This document shows positions 26,701 to 37,030 of a stretch of 64,000 nucleotides of DNA, one piece after another. This DNA is from Carpediemonas membranifera BICM (lineage: Eukaryota > Protista > Fornicata). Every line of letters begins with the position of its first letter. Positions within the stretch are counted from its first letter, which is position 1. The notes beneath the pieces were generated by a model, which saw only the letters and a list, made by a program, of their open reading frames with translations, did no database searches and had not been told where the DNA came from. The position numbers were made by a program, and so were the translations under genes. The stretch is taken from NCBI GenBank assembly GCA_019828565.1, contig JAHDYR010000015.1, positions 485,605 through 549,604 on the forward strand, in the 5' to 3' direction.

Positions 26701-27119
26701 AGCAGGAGGTACCCTGGGCAGGAAATGCTCTGCGACCGTATCCAAAGAATATGCCCGATATGCACACTCGCAGCCGAACGCGAATTGATCAACTACCTCC
26801 AACTATACCCCCCCCCAGGCGCAGGCGCTAGTGGCAGTAGCCGGGTGGCTGGAAGACCAACCGCTAGGAACACAAAGCCACATCATAGCGGAGTGCCAGG
26901 GCGTCGGCCGCCCAAGTGGGTGGGAGCAGTGCTGGGAAGCTGCGGCAACACACACCATGGCAAGTAGGCTGCGGCACGGCCCAGATGGGGGAGTGGTATA
27001 ACTCCAGGGCCATATTGGAGCTCCACTGGCTACTGCAACAGGAGGATGAAACAGTGAAGGAGGGTCTATTATGCGGGAAAAAGGCCATCAAGAACCTCAG
27101 AACAGGCCCAGACCCCTAG
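23747..27119 (+). pseudogene. LINE2 ORF2: APE-RT-zinc finger (many frameshifts and stops)
   Basis: IVSLN, LLQET, INIYAP, IMGDWN, YRPISLTP, LLDIAKAYD, GVKQGCVVAP, MFVDD, YLGLWIASG, CPIC. Confidence 0.9.
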
Positions 27120-28302
27120 GAGGAAAGCCCTGGGTGAAGACAAGGCACAGGGCGGAACATTCCTGGAACCGGCGGGAGGTGTTTTCCCCCCACATGTTCC
27201 GGTAGCGCCCGGCCGCACACCCAACCCAACCCACGCAGCAAGGGAGCACTCTGATGCCTGCATCACACTTGAAACAACTCCCCCACCACCAAGAGGGGAC
27301 AGGCCCAACCCACAGGGCGGCCTGGAAAGGTGGCCCGAGCACCGACCCCAAGCGCAGCGGGCCTGGAACCAATGAGGACAACACCACATGTTCCGGTAGC
27401 GCCAGGCGGAGGGAAGGCTGCAAAGGACCACTAAGGGACAACCGCATACAACAAGCACGAAATAGGGAAGGCCTGGCAAAACAGCTGGGCCAGTAGGGCG
27501 CAAGCGTCCGGACAAGCAGTCCGGCGCATCCCTCCGGCGCGCAAGGGGGTACCCCCTCCCCACACAGTGGGGGCGCACCAGGAGGATGATGCATGGCAGA
27601 CTGGCGGAGGTACTGGATGACGCAAGAAGCTACCCACTCCGTCGGTAACCTGCCGGGAAGGCAGGGCCATCCTGATGTGGCCCGGCGCCTAGCCAGGAAC
27701 ACTGGAAGACGTGGCAACCGCCCCTGGGAGCTCCCCCCCGATAATGGGAACCTGGAGTGAAATCGGACAGCGCTAGATGAGCCCGAACGCAGCCGGCAAG
27801 TCCGTGGAAGTCTACCTACGCGGCGTCGGTGGGTTCCTAACCCGGCCCAGCTGGTACGGCGAACTCTAGACCCGACCCCGCCCTGGCGGGTGCCTGAAAC
27901 ATGGCGAGCGGGTCGAGGAAACCCCAGGACCTCCCTAGGGGACCCGGGGGAGAGGGGAAACGTACGGAAGGTCCCTGACAGCAGCGTGCAGGGCAAGGCT
28001 TTGTAGGTGCCAGGCAGACCTGGGACCCAAAGGGCCCCTAAGAGTAAGACCTGGGTTAGCCTAACTTTGGGGGTATTAATGTGGCCATGTATAGGATCCC
28101 TCTAGCGTACCAGCTAGGCCTTGACGGCCGTTGTTCACGCCCTCTTAGGAAGTGTTAGGTGTGCTCTGTAGAGGTACCAACACGCTTAGGCGTTCCTCGA
28201 AGGGGTGACACAAACTGTGACATTCAGCTTACACAGCAGGACGAGTAGCAGGACACATTAAATTCTTTCTTTCTTTCTTTCTTTCGTACCGGTACTCATG
28301 AC

Positions 28303-28552
28303 TACGGGCGACGGAGGGCTCCAGTTCACTGATGAGCTCCGTACTTATCGACTGGAACGAGTTGTTGGCAGTCGCAATGGCCCGGGTGGTCGACTCCTCA
28401 CGTTGAAATGGGAAGACTACAGGTTTGTGACACGGTCGTACCCGACGCCGGAGTTGCTAGAATTGCCTGAAGTGGTAGCGCACCTTGCTCGTCACGGGGT
28501 TGAACCGCGCAGTACTGGACCTGCCTTCGCTGGTCGGGGCCGCCGACTCTAA
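28303..28552 (+). CDS. G2 antisense ORF, C-terminal chromodomain-like part
   Basis: YRLERVVGSR...LTLKWEDY resembles the chromo motif Y.VE.I...R..YLVKW.GY. Confidence 0.6.
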
Positions 28553-28595
28553 CAACTAATCAACAATAAATCAGGCGAGATGAGAATAGGAGGGT

Positions 28596-31500
28596 TTACA
28601 ACCCTTCCGACTTGGCCTGAGCAGACGACAAGAAGTCATCCAGAGCAGCAGCGTCTCTAAGGGAGCGGTATGGCTCCCAGGTAGCCTCGGAGTCTTCAAA
28701 TCCTTGCCAATGGACAAGGTACTCTCTCTTTGAGACCGAGCCCGTGCCACGCGACTTGGATATCCGGTCGATATACCACTCCTCCACGCCGGCGGCCGCC
28801 ACCTGCTTGATCTGTTCCTCTGATAGGGTGCCGGGGACGAACTTTCTGACGCGAGACGCATCGACCCGGATGGGTTCCGCTCCGGGCTGACCTAAGTCTT
28901 TCACCATGTAGGCTACTACAACACCGCTCTGCTTGACAGACGACACTCGTCGCATAGGCCCTCTCCAGCCCGGGGAAAGCTTGTTTGGAGGGCGCGAGGG
29001 ATATTTCACGAGCACAAACCGTGACAAGATCTCCGTGCGGGTGGTGGAGGCCTTCGCCAACGCGTCTTCGCGCATGGCCAGGACACGTGCCTTGGCCAAT
29101 TGTGTAGCGGCTTCGGCAGCGAGGAGATGCGACGTACGAGCTGCTGCCGTGCTGTTCTCGGTAACGTATAACTTCTCCGGCACCGCCATGTTGCTCCCCG
29201 AACAGTATCTCGGCGGGGGAAAGGCGTGTTGGTTGTCTTGGCATGGAATTGACAATAAACTGCGCAACCGGTAAATGCTGACGCCAATTGCCGTTTCTGA
29301 GCTCAAACTTCCTTGCCTTGAGCACTCTCTCGACCATCTGGTTAGCTCTCTCAACCATTCCGTTGGACTGAGGGTGATGCGCGGTGGTAACGTGTGTCTC
29401 GAACCCCATGTCCTGTGCCAGCTTCTTCATGAGAGCGTTATTGAACTCGGGACCTCCGTCAGACTGCAGCACTCGTGGGCAACCGTAACGCAGCACCCAT
29501 GTGTTGACGAAGGCATCCACGGCATCGCGTGCGGTGGTAGACTTGACGGGGGCTAGCTCCGTCCACCTGGAACACATGTCTATCATGACTTGGACGTATT
29601 TGTAGCCGTCACGCTCCGGGAGCGGACCTAGAGTATCGATTGCCACCCGCTGGAACGGTGCATCCACAGCCGTGTGTAGACCGTCTGTTTTTTCAACAGG
29701 CGGTCTCTCCAAGACCTGGCAGACAGGGCACTTGGCGACGTAGTCGTAAACGTCACGGCGAGTAACTGAAACACCGGCTTCCCGCAAACGTTCCATGGTT
29801 AACCGTCCGGAGAGGTGGGCGTTACCGAACAGGTGGGCTTTGCTGATCTCATCAACTGACGCTAGCGAGAATACGCGCGACAGACCGTCGGCTCCCCCGT
29901 TGTCTAAACCGGCCACGTGCTTCAATTCGAAATCTAGGTCTGCAATAGAATCGGCCCATCTACGCACCTTAGCGTTACTCGACCTATACATGTACAAGAG
30001 GTTGCGATGGTCGGTCAGGAGCTCGAATCTCTCCCAGGACAAGAACTTCCTCCACTTCTGAAGGGCTGACACAATCGCAAAGGCTTCCTTCTCGCCGACA
30101 CTCCATCTGGATTGGACGTCTGTGAAGGCTTTGGACATATAACACACGGGGCGACCCTCCTGCAGGAGGACAGCCCCGTACCCCACGTCGGATGCGTCAG
30201 TCATCACGACATGAGGTTTGGTCGCGTCGAACATCGCCAAAGAATCTGCCGAGCACAAGGCTTCTTTGATATCCGCTAGGGCAGCCTCTAGCTCTTTCTC
30301 TGGCACGGCCGTACGGTTAGTCGTTGCAGACACGAGTGGTTTGGCGCGGGTCGCGTAGTTCGGTACGAAGTCGCGGAAGTAGTTAAAGAATCCGACTAGA
30401 CCTTGCATCCCCTTGACTGTAGGCGACAGCTTCATGTCTTGGATATCGTTGACTCTCTCTGGTGAGATCCTGACTGACCCCTCGGAGATGATCCAGCCGA
30501 GGAACTCCACCTCGGCCCGACCGAACTGACACTTGTCCCTTCCGAGCTGGAGCTTGTACTCACGGGCGCGCTGGAGGACCTTCCTCAGGTTCTCGATGTA
30601 TTCCTCTGGCGTGGCACCCATGACGATCACGTCGTCGATGTAAATGATGCAGGCGGTCCCAAGTAGCCCTCTGAACGCGTTTTCCATCGCTCTCTGAAAG
30701 AAAGCACCGGCATTGCGAAGCCCAAAGGGCATCCGTGTATATTGGAACTGGCCGAAGGTAGTCCTGAACGCGGTATACTTCCGGCAACGCTCAGTAAGGG
30801 CGATCTGGTGGTAGCCGGCAGACAGATCGAGCGTTGCGAACACTCGCTTACCCGAAAGTTGTGTGATAACTTCGTCAATTCGAGGGATGGGGTAATCAAA
30901 TGGCTCTGTCATGGTGTTGACTTCACGAAAGTCGACGACAAAGCGAGTCTTGCCACCCTTCTTGGGTACGATGATAGTTGGGCTGGAATAGGCCGATTGA
31001 CACGCCTGTATATACCTCTTGGCCAGAAGGGTATCGATGTGTTCCTTGACAACCGGGACCTTTGGGGGCGGAACATAGTAGGGACGTACGTGGACGACTC
31101 GATCGCCCTTGAGGCATAGGTCGTAGGGCTCGAGCTTGCTCGGTTCAGTACGGTCACGGAAGAGGTCTTCGTACTCCTTGAGCAGCTTGATCTGCTGGCT
31201 CGCGATACCATCGGGGAGGGTAAGAGCCTTAGCTTCAAACTTGCTCGGGACGGGAGGATCGTCAGTTGCTTCGCTCTCCGAGTTGCTAGGCTGGGCCATT
31301 GAGGGCAGCAGTCCGATCTCTACCATCTGGCTGTAACCAAAACTGACTTCGTACGCAGTTTTGAGAACGAAAGCGCGGATCTTCAGCTCGCAGCCACGTG
31401 GCGTGAAGGGAGATGGCCTCAACGTGATCTGCACCGATACGGTGCCTTCAGCTTCTCGTATTCCACCTGCCGTTTGGATGCGTACAGTATCGTGGTTGAT

Positions 31501-32637
31501 CCTGGTAACGGCTGGCGAGGAGCACAGATCGGGAGATATCGTGGCACAGTCAGCACCAGAGTCTAGTAAGACCTTCACTTCGGCCTTCTCGATGACTCCA
31601 TTGACTACAGGCAACGACCCTCCACCTGACGCAGCGGAAAATAAACACTTCGCCCCGTTTACTGGGGACTTAAAACGACAGAACTTCTCGAGGTGACCCT
31701 GCTTCTTGCAAACCGGGCATGTGGCACGATCCCGCGGGCACTTGAAGGATGGATGGCCCGTCTCGCCGCAGTTGTAGCACACCAGCTCGCGCTTGCCCTC
31801 TCCTCGTTGGTTCGGGGCTCTTGCGGCTGGCTTATCCTGATGATGAGGCTTGGCGATTGGCTTGGGGGCGGGATGGGTGGGTTCGTGGTGAAGACCGCGA
31901 TGGGGTTTGCCCGACTTAGCCTTGGTTGACGACTGCTTGTCGGTCATTCCGATGGAACGCAGCATGGCACGGGATTCCTCGATATCGCGAGCGATATCAA
32001 TCACCCGCGGCATAGCCAGTTCGAGGGAGAAGCCTTCGGTGAGATCCTTAACCTTGTACTGAACGCGCGAATTATCGGGTAGCTTAAAGCAACGCGCGTA
32101 GGTGTCGCAGAGGATCTCAGAGTCTACCCCGGGATCAACAAGGGAGAGGAGGGTTCTGAACCGTCGGTTCACTCGAACCACCTCCTGCGGAGTAAAGGAC
32201 GAGATGGAGAGACGGAACAAGTCGAGACGGGCAGAAAAACGGGACGGTTGCAGTGCTCTACCGAGCCGCTTGAGGACGCGGTCGTCTTTAGCGAGACGCT
32301 TGGCCTTGCGCTTACGCTTGTGCGTCTTTCGGACAGCTGCGGTTAGGATGAGGGACTGCTGGAGGGGTTGCTCGTCGTCTTTAGGCGTTCCGGCTACTGG
32401 TGAACCTTCATCGTTCACGGGGACAGAGGCCTCGGCCGAGGGGATGGCTTCAGAGGCCTTGGCGAAGAGGTTAAAGCCGAGAGCGTCAGCGTACCGTTGG
32501 ACTTCGGTGTCAATCATGTCGGCAACGTCGGCATCACCGCCTTTGGCTCGGTACTCGGACAAATCCTCGGCGAATCGGACTAACGACTCAATGGTCGTCT
32601 TCTTTAGCATAGGCATATTGTTATAGAGCGTCATCAA
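28596..32637 (-). CDS. gag-pol: G2 gag-pol polyprotein (two Zn knuckles, PR, RT, RNase H, IN, chromodomain; one frameshift near 29200)
   Basis: CYNCGETGH..C, CPVCKKQGH..C, LLDSGA, YIDD, TDAS/EKE/TDH, IDTLG/SDGG/VERAN, YLVHWQGF..ATWEP. Confidence 0.95.
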
Positions 32638-32655
32638 AACGTGGAATACTAGTAT

Positions 32656-32780
32656 TGTGGTTCGTTTGACGAACTATGTTTACAAGAGGAGAAGACTCGA
32701 CACAATGGTGTCGAGGAGAAACTCCTTGACTAACTAATATCATATATAAATCTGTGTAATCTTGGGTGAGACCCATGACA
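32656..32780 (-). repeat. 125-bp 5' LTR of G2
   Basis: Identical to the other two copies. Sits ~20 bp upstream of gag. Confidence 0.92.
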
Positions 32781-34164
32781 AGACCCTATGATGTTCTTCG
32801 ACGATTTTGGTGACCTCCTCGCGGAGGGAAGGGATCTGAACGTTGAGTTCAAGCGGCTCCTCTTCAAGCAGATTAAAATCCACTTCACTGCCTTCGTCGG
32901 GTTCTTCCGCGACGATGTCTGACCCCACGTTAAAAGTGACCAGGCCCAGCTCGAGTGAGGAGGGTAGGCCGAAGATGATGTCGTAAGGTAGGTGTCGCAG
33001 GACGAGGAACTGGTCAATGACCGAGAGTTTGTGGCCAGTTCTGGAGCGGCCAAGGCTCATCTCGATGGTGCAGATGGCCTCGACGTTGACTGCTTGTCCG
33101 CTTCCCACACGGACGCGGCCTGAGTAAGGTCGCATGGGCAGCCCTAGTGTCGTCACGAGTGCGTGAGACACGAAGTTCGTCGTGGCGCCAGAATCAATCA
33201 GTGCGCTGCTGTGTGATACCTGGTGATCGTGCGGGATCTCTACCTCAATCTCGGCAGAGGCAGAAGACTTCCGTCCCGCTCGATCAGTCGCCATAACGTG
33301 TAGACAATGCTCATACTTACCACTTTTACCCGCACGCTTCTTCGCGAAGCACTGTTCTGCGGTGTGGCCTGCCTTATGGCAGTACGAGCATGTCACGGTG
33401 TTCGTAGCCTTGCCCGGGGCGCGGCTGGTCTGGTGGTTAGCCGGGGGTGCGCGCATCTCGTCGAGGTGCCGCGTCTCGCGTTGGGTCTGCTCAATGTGGC
33501 GTGACTGCTCGAGCGCCGCTTTGAACGCGGCTTGGAGGTCGCTGCGTGGAGCAATGGTGTTGACGCGGTCACGGAGACGCTCCGGTTCAAGGCCGCCGAT
33601 GAACTGCCTCACCAGACGCTTAGTCGGAGGCTTGACATCGGCGCAGTTCTCCAGCTGACGTTGGTACTGGAAGACGTAGTTAAGGGCGTTTTGGTAAGTC
33701 GAACCACGCTTCTTGCAGGTAATGCGGGTGAAGGAGTCCAAGGCGTCTTGCTTATCGAGGGGCTGGAAGATGGCGTTAATGCGACGGATGATGGCGACGC
33801 TTGCTTGGTCGTTCTCGAGGGCTGGGATAGGAACCGGGACCTGCTCGGGAGCTTCATCTTCGTCGTCGTCGGAGTCGTCGTTTGAGGAGTCACTGTCGGT
33901 GCCGTCGTTGTCCGCGTCACCTTGGATAAGCAGCCGTACGTCATCACCGGCGGATGCATCGTGATCGGGAACCTCGTACTCTTCGAGGGAAGGATCTCTC
34001 AGCTTGAGGACCTCCCATACGTCACGCGCGATGAGGAGGCGAATGGCCAGGGAGCCGCCGCGTGAGCGATACGCGTAATACTGCTCGCGATGGTCCTGCC
34101 AGGCGTCGGCGGTCGGGAGCTTTAAATAGGGGGCTACGAAAAGGTCGGGAACTTGGAATTGCAT
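32781..34164 (-). CDS. gag: Gypsy G3 gag-protease (cut by the G2 LTR)
   Basis: CSYCHKAGHTAEQC knuckle and LIDSGA protease. A probable LTR end (..CACCACA on the minus strand) lies at 34180. Confidence 0.85.
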
Positions 34165-34249
34165 GGATCCAGTAATTACTGTGGTGCAACCCAGATGAAG
34201 AGGAAGTGATTTAAAGAGTCAACCCTCGGTGGGGAAAAGGGCTAAAACT

Positions 34250-34599
34250 AACCCGATCCCAATGATCGACGAGGTGATCGCCCAACTACCCAACAAGAAG
34301 ATCTTCGCCACACTAGACCTGTCGTCGGGTTATCACCAGGTCGAACTGACCAAACGCTGCCGCAAGTACACTGCGTTCACCACCATTCTAGGTCAATATC
34401 AATACACTAGGATGCCCTTCGGGCTAAGGAACGCAGGAGCTCACTTTCAGCGTGCCATGGAGTCGGCTTTCGCCGAACTGGTTGGTCACGCCTGTTATAT
34501 CTATATCGACGATATCATTGTCTTCGGGGAAAACGAGGAGGATTACCTCAAGAACCTGGAGAGCGTGCTGCAGCGTACTAGACAGATCAAGTTACAACT
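34250..34599 (+). pseudogene. Gypsy RT fragment related to G2
   Basis: PIPMIDEVI..LDLSSGYHQ..RMPFGLRNAG..YIDD. Confidence 0.9.
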
Positions 34600-34664
34600 C
34601 ACGTTTCCGTGCGCCCTCTCGGGCGTCTCAGCACCCCGGGTGCCAATGGGTTCGAGTGGTGCTC
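34600..34664 (-). repeat. Fragment of YR element 1 repeat A
   Basis: Near-exact reverse complement of 56804-56868. Confidence 0.85.
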
Positions 34665-34830
34665 CGGTCAGGCTAGCTGTCCTAGCCTCTAGACATACTT
34701 GCTCTACCCAACGGGGATATCCCACCGGCAACGAGCATAGTGGAATGGCTTGCAGGCACGCTTTCGAGCCCAAACCGACCGTCTCCTCGAGAGACCGCGT
34801 CAAAGAATGTCTGTTGTGGCTTACCTTACC

Positions 34831-35910
34831 TTACCTTATCACATCAACATTCCACGGGGCGTACCGCTCACGCTTCTTCCGAGCCGTGTCGTGGTACTCG
34901 TTCGAGACCACAACATCGATGGCCGTAGGGTTCGTGCCGCGGTCGTTGAACGCGAAGACGTCAACTCGGGCGTCTCTGTGCGTTGTGTCGGGGTCTTTCG
35001 TGTAACGGGAGGAGTGGCGGGGCCAGAACTCCTTCCTGGCAGGGACACCGTTGTTTGAGAGCTCCGAGAAGAGACTCTCGACGATCGTGTCGTGCCTGGC
35101 GGTGGTCTTGGCTCCTCCGTGAAGGCATTTGCATGTCACCATATGCTCTGGGGTGGCCAACACGTGGCGGGGGTCAGCTCCGACGTTCAACTGGCCTGAT
35201 GCCGCATTGGTTACTGACTTCAGGGCACAGATTGGACAGAACTTAGTCGCGGACACGAAGGCAGCAAGCCCGAGGTGCTTTCTGAGGGCCGCCTGCAGCG
35301 GGACACCTGTAAGGCTCGTTGTGTGATCGTGACTGCGAAGGGGGTCGGCAGTCAGCGCGCGGCTTAGCACACTGGGCTGCGCTGTGTCGACACGAGCTTC
35401 CTTGGTCATGTTGGTAGTTATCTTGTCAAACAAGTGTGCCTGTGTCTTCTCAGGCAGGGCCAGCAGCTGGGCTTCGGTGACTGGCCAACCAGTTGTGAGG
35501 TGCTGGAAACCTTCGCTGATCGTGGAAAGGGTGGCAGGAAGGCCATGCTTCTCCCCGTACCGTGCAAGTTGGCGCAGGGCACCAATCCTGGCACACGGCC
35601 AGACGATAGTGGGCATCGCGAAGCCAGGCCACCATGCTTTGCCGGCAGCCCCAAGGCCTGACTGATGTCTGGCGACAGGGTGCGGCCAAGCACCTTCCCA
35701 ACGACGTCGGATAGGGTGGACTGGCAGAAGGTCTCTGCGGGAGTGAGCACCTCGGGGGTGGGATCGACATTACGCATCAAGTGTGCAATCTTGGGGAGGA
35801 CACAGAACTTGATCATCGACAGGGCCGGGCCAACACCCTCCGCACCGACATCCTCGCTGAAGTCGGCGATGGCCTTGAGGGTCAGGGCAGCCTTGTCAAC
35901 AACTCAACTC
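34831..35910 (-). pseudogene. CRE-like (RLE-type) non-LTR 3' fragment, inverted copy of 55550-56630
   Basis: LGLPAKHGGL, CPIC..H..C, RHD, RVD..IDVVV..K..Y. Confidence 0.75.
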
Positions 35911-37030
35911 AACGCCACAAATTATGATCGTTGAAATAGAGGGTAACAGGTACGGTGTTACAAAGATCCTTTGTCAGGAAGGTCAGCGACGGCAACGGGT
36001 AGCCAGCGAACTGGATGAGTAGGACGAATGACTCCCGCAGATGGTTACTCGAATAGAGTTCGAAATGTTCTAGAACGTCCACCACACCATAGGTGGCTGA
36101 GGTGTCAGTCAGCTGGAGCAAAGAAAGAAAGAAATTTATGGTGCTTGGATTCTGACCCCGGACTGAGCTTGTTTCCCGTTGTCTTGGAGCTGAGTGCCCC
36201 GGGGTACTGCCTATTTCCCGTGGCAAACTGGTCAGCAGCGTTTGCCTTGGGCTTTCGGTGCTACTGTCTCCGCGGAAAGCCGATTCCAATCGCCCCAGAG
36301 GCCCTGCGGCCATCTCCGTGCAAATATGCTTTCCTGTCTCCCTGAAAGTCCGGCAACTATCCGGGGAGCCTGGGGGTCTGTCCTCGGGGCATTGACAGGC
36401 AGGATCGTCCTGCAGAACCTTGACTATGACACTCCTTGCTTCCCTGCAGTCCTTGTAGAGCCGTTCAGCCACGGCACCCTCTCGTCTGTCCGGTTCCCCA
36501 ATTCCATGCCCCCTCGACTCTGTTAAGAAGCCTACCCGAAGGCGGGGAAAGTGACTAAGTCCATGCTGTCTACCCCGGTTAGGTGGCGTGGGTCAGGGCA
36601 TGGGTGGTGTACCCCCAGGCACTAGGCCTGGTTGTCCTGTTACCCCTTACAACATTTCGCTTGCACTACATGTCCTTGGTTTCCCATGTCGTTAACAAGG
36701 GCGGCAGGGGCACCTGTGCCCCTCCGACCCCCGTGGCCAGTCCCTGCAGTTTCCTTGGGGTCCCAACGAGTGGTGCAACCATATGAATATGGATTTCCTT
36801 GACCTTATCCTTGCTCTGTCCTTGTTGCATGTCCTTTCTTTCTTATTTCTGGTCTGTCCTTCCTGTTATTTCCTTGCAGTCGTTCCTTCCCTTGCTTTGG
36901 TTCCTGGCTACCGGGATACGTGGGGCCTTTCCTCACTGATCCCAGGAGCTTAGCACCAGCGAGGGTGGTCCATGGCTGATTCCTTGTCCATCCCTTCCCG
37001 GTCCTGGAGTCAGGGGTTCATGACATGCTT

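Larger units (their letters stand above)
16963..28285 (+). mobile_element. Non-LTR retrotransposon family 2 (11.3 kb)
   Basis: 17-bp TSD GTACCGGTACTCATGAC at 16946-16962 and 28286-28302. (TTTC)n tail at ~28263-28285. ORFs are homologous to family 1. Confidence 0.95.
15403..32780 (-). mobile_element. Chromovirus G2 (~6 kb net) containing the LINE2 insertion
   Basis: LTR-gag-pol-(antisense ORF)-PPT-LTR arrangement once 16963-28302 is removed. Confidence 0.85.

Noticed and set aside
27097-27996. 299-aa antisense ORF in the LINE2 3' UTR and the many shadow ORFs opposite LINE/gypsy genes
   Set aside because: Low-complexity R/P/G/S composition with no motifs, as expected from GC-rich antisense frames.
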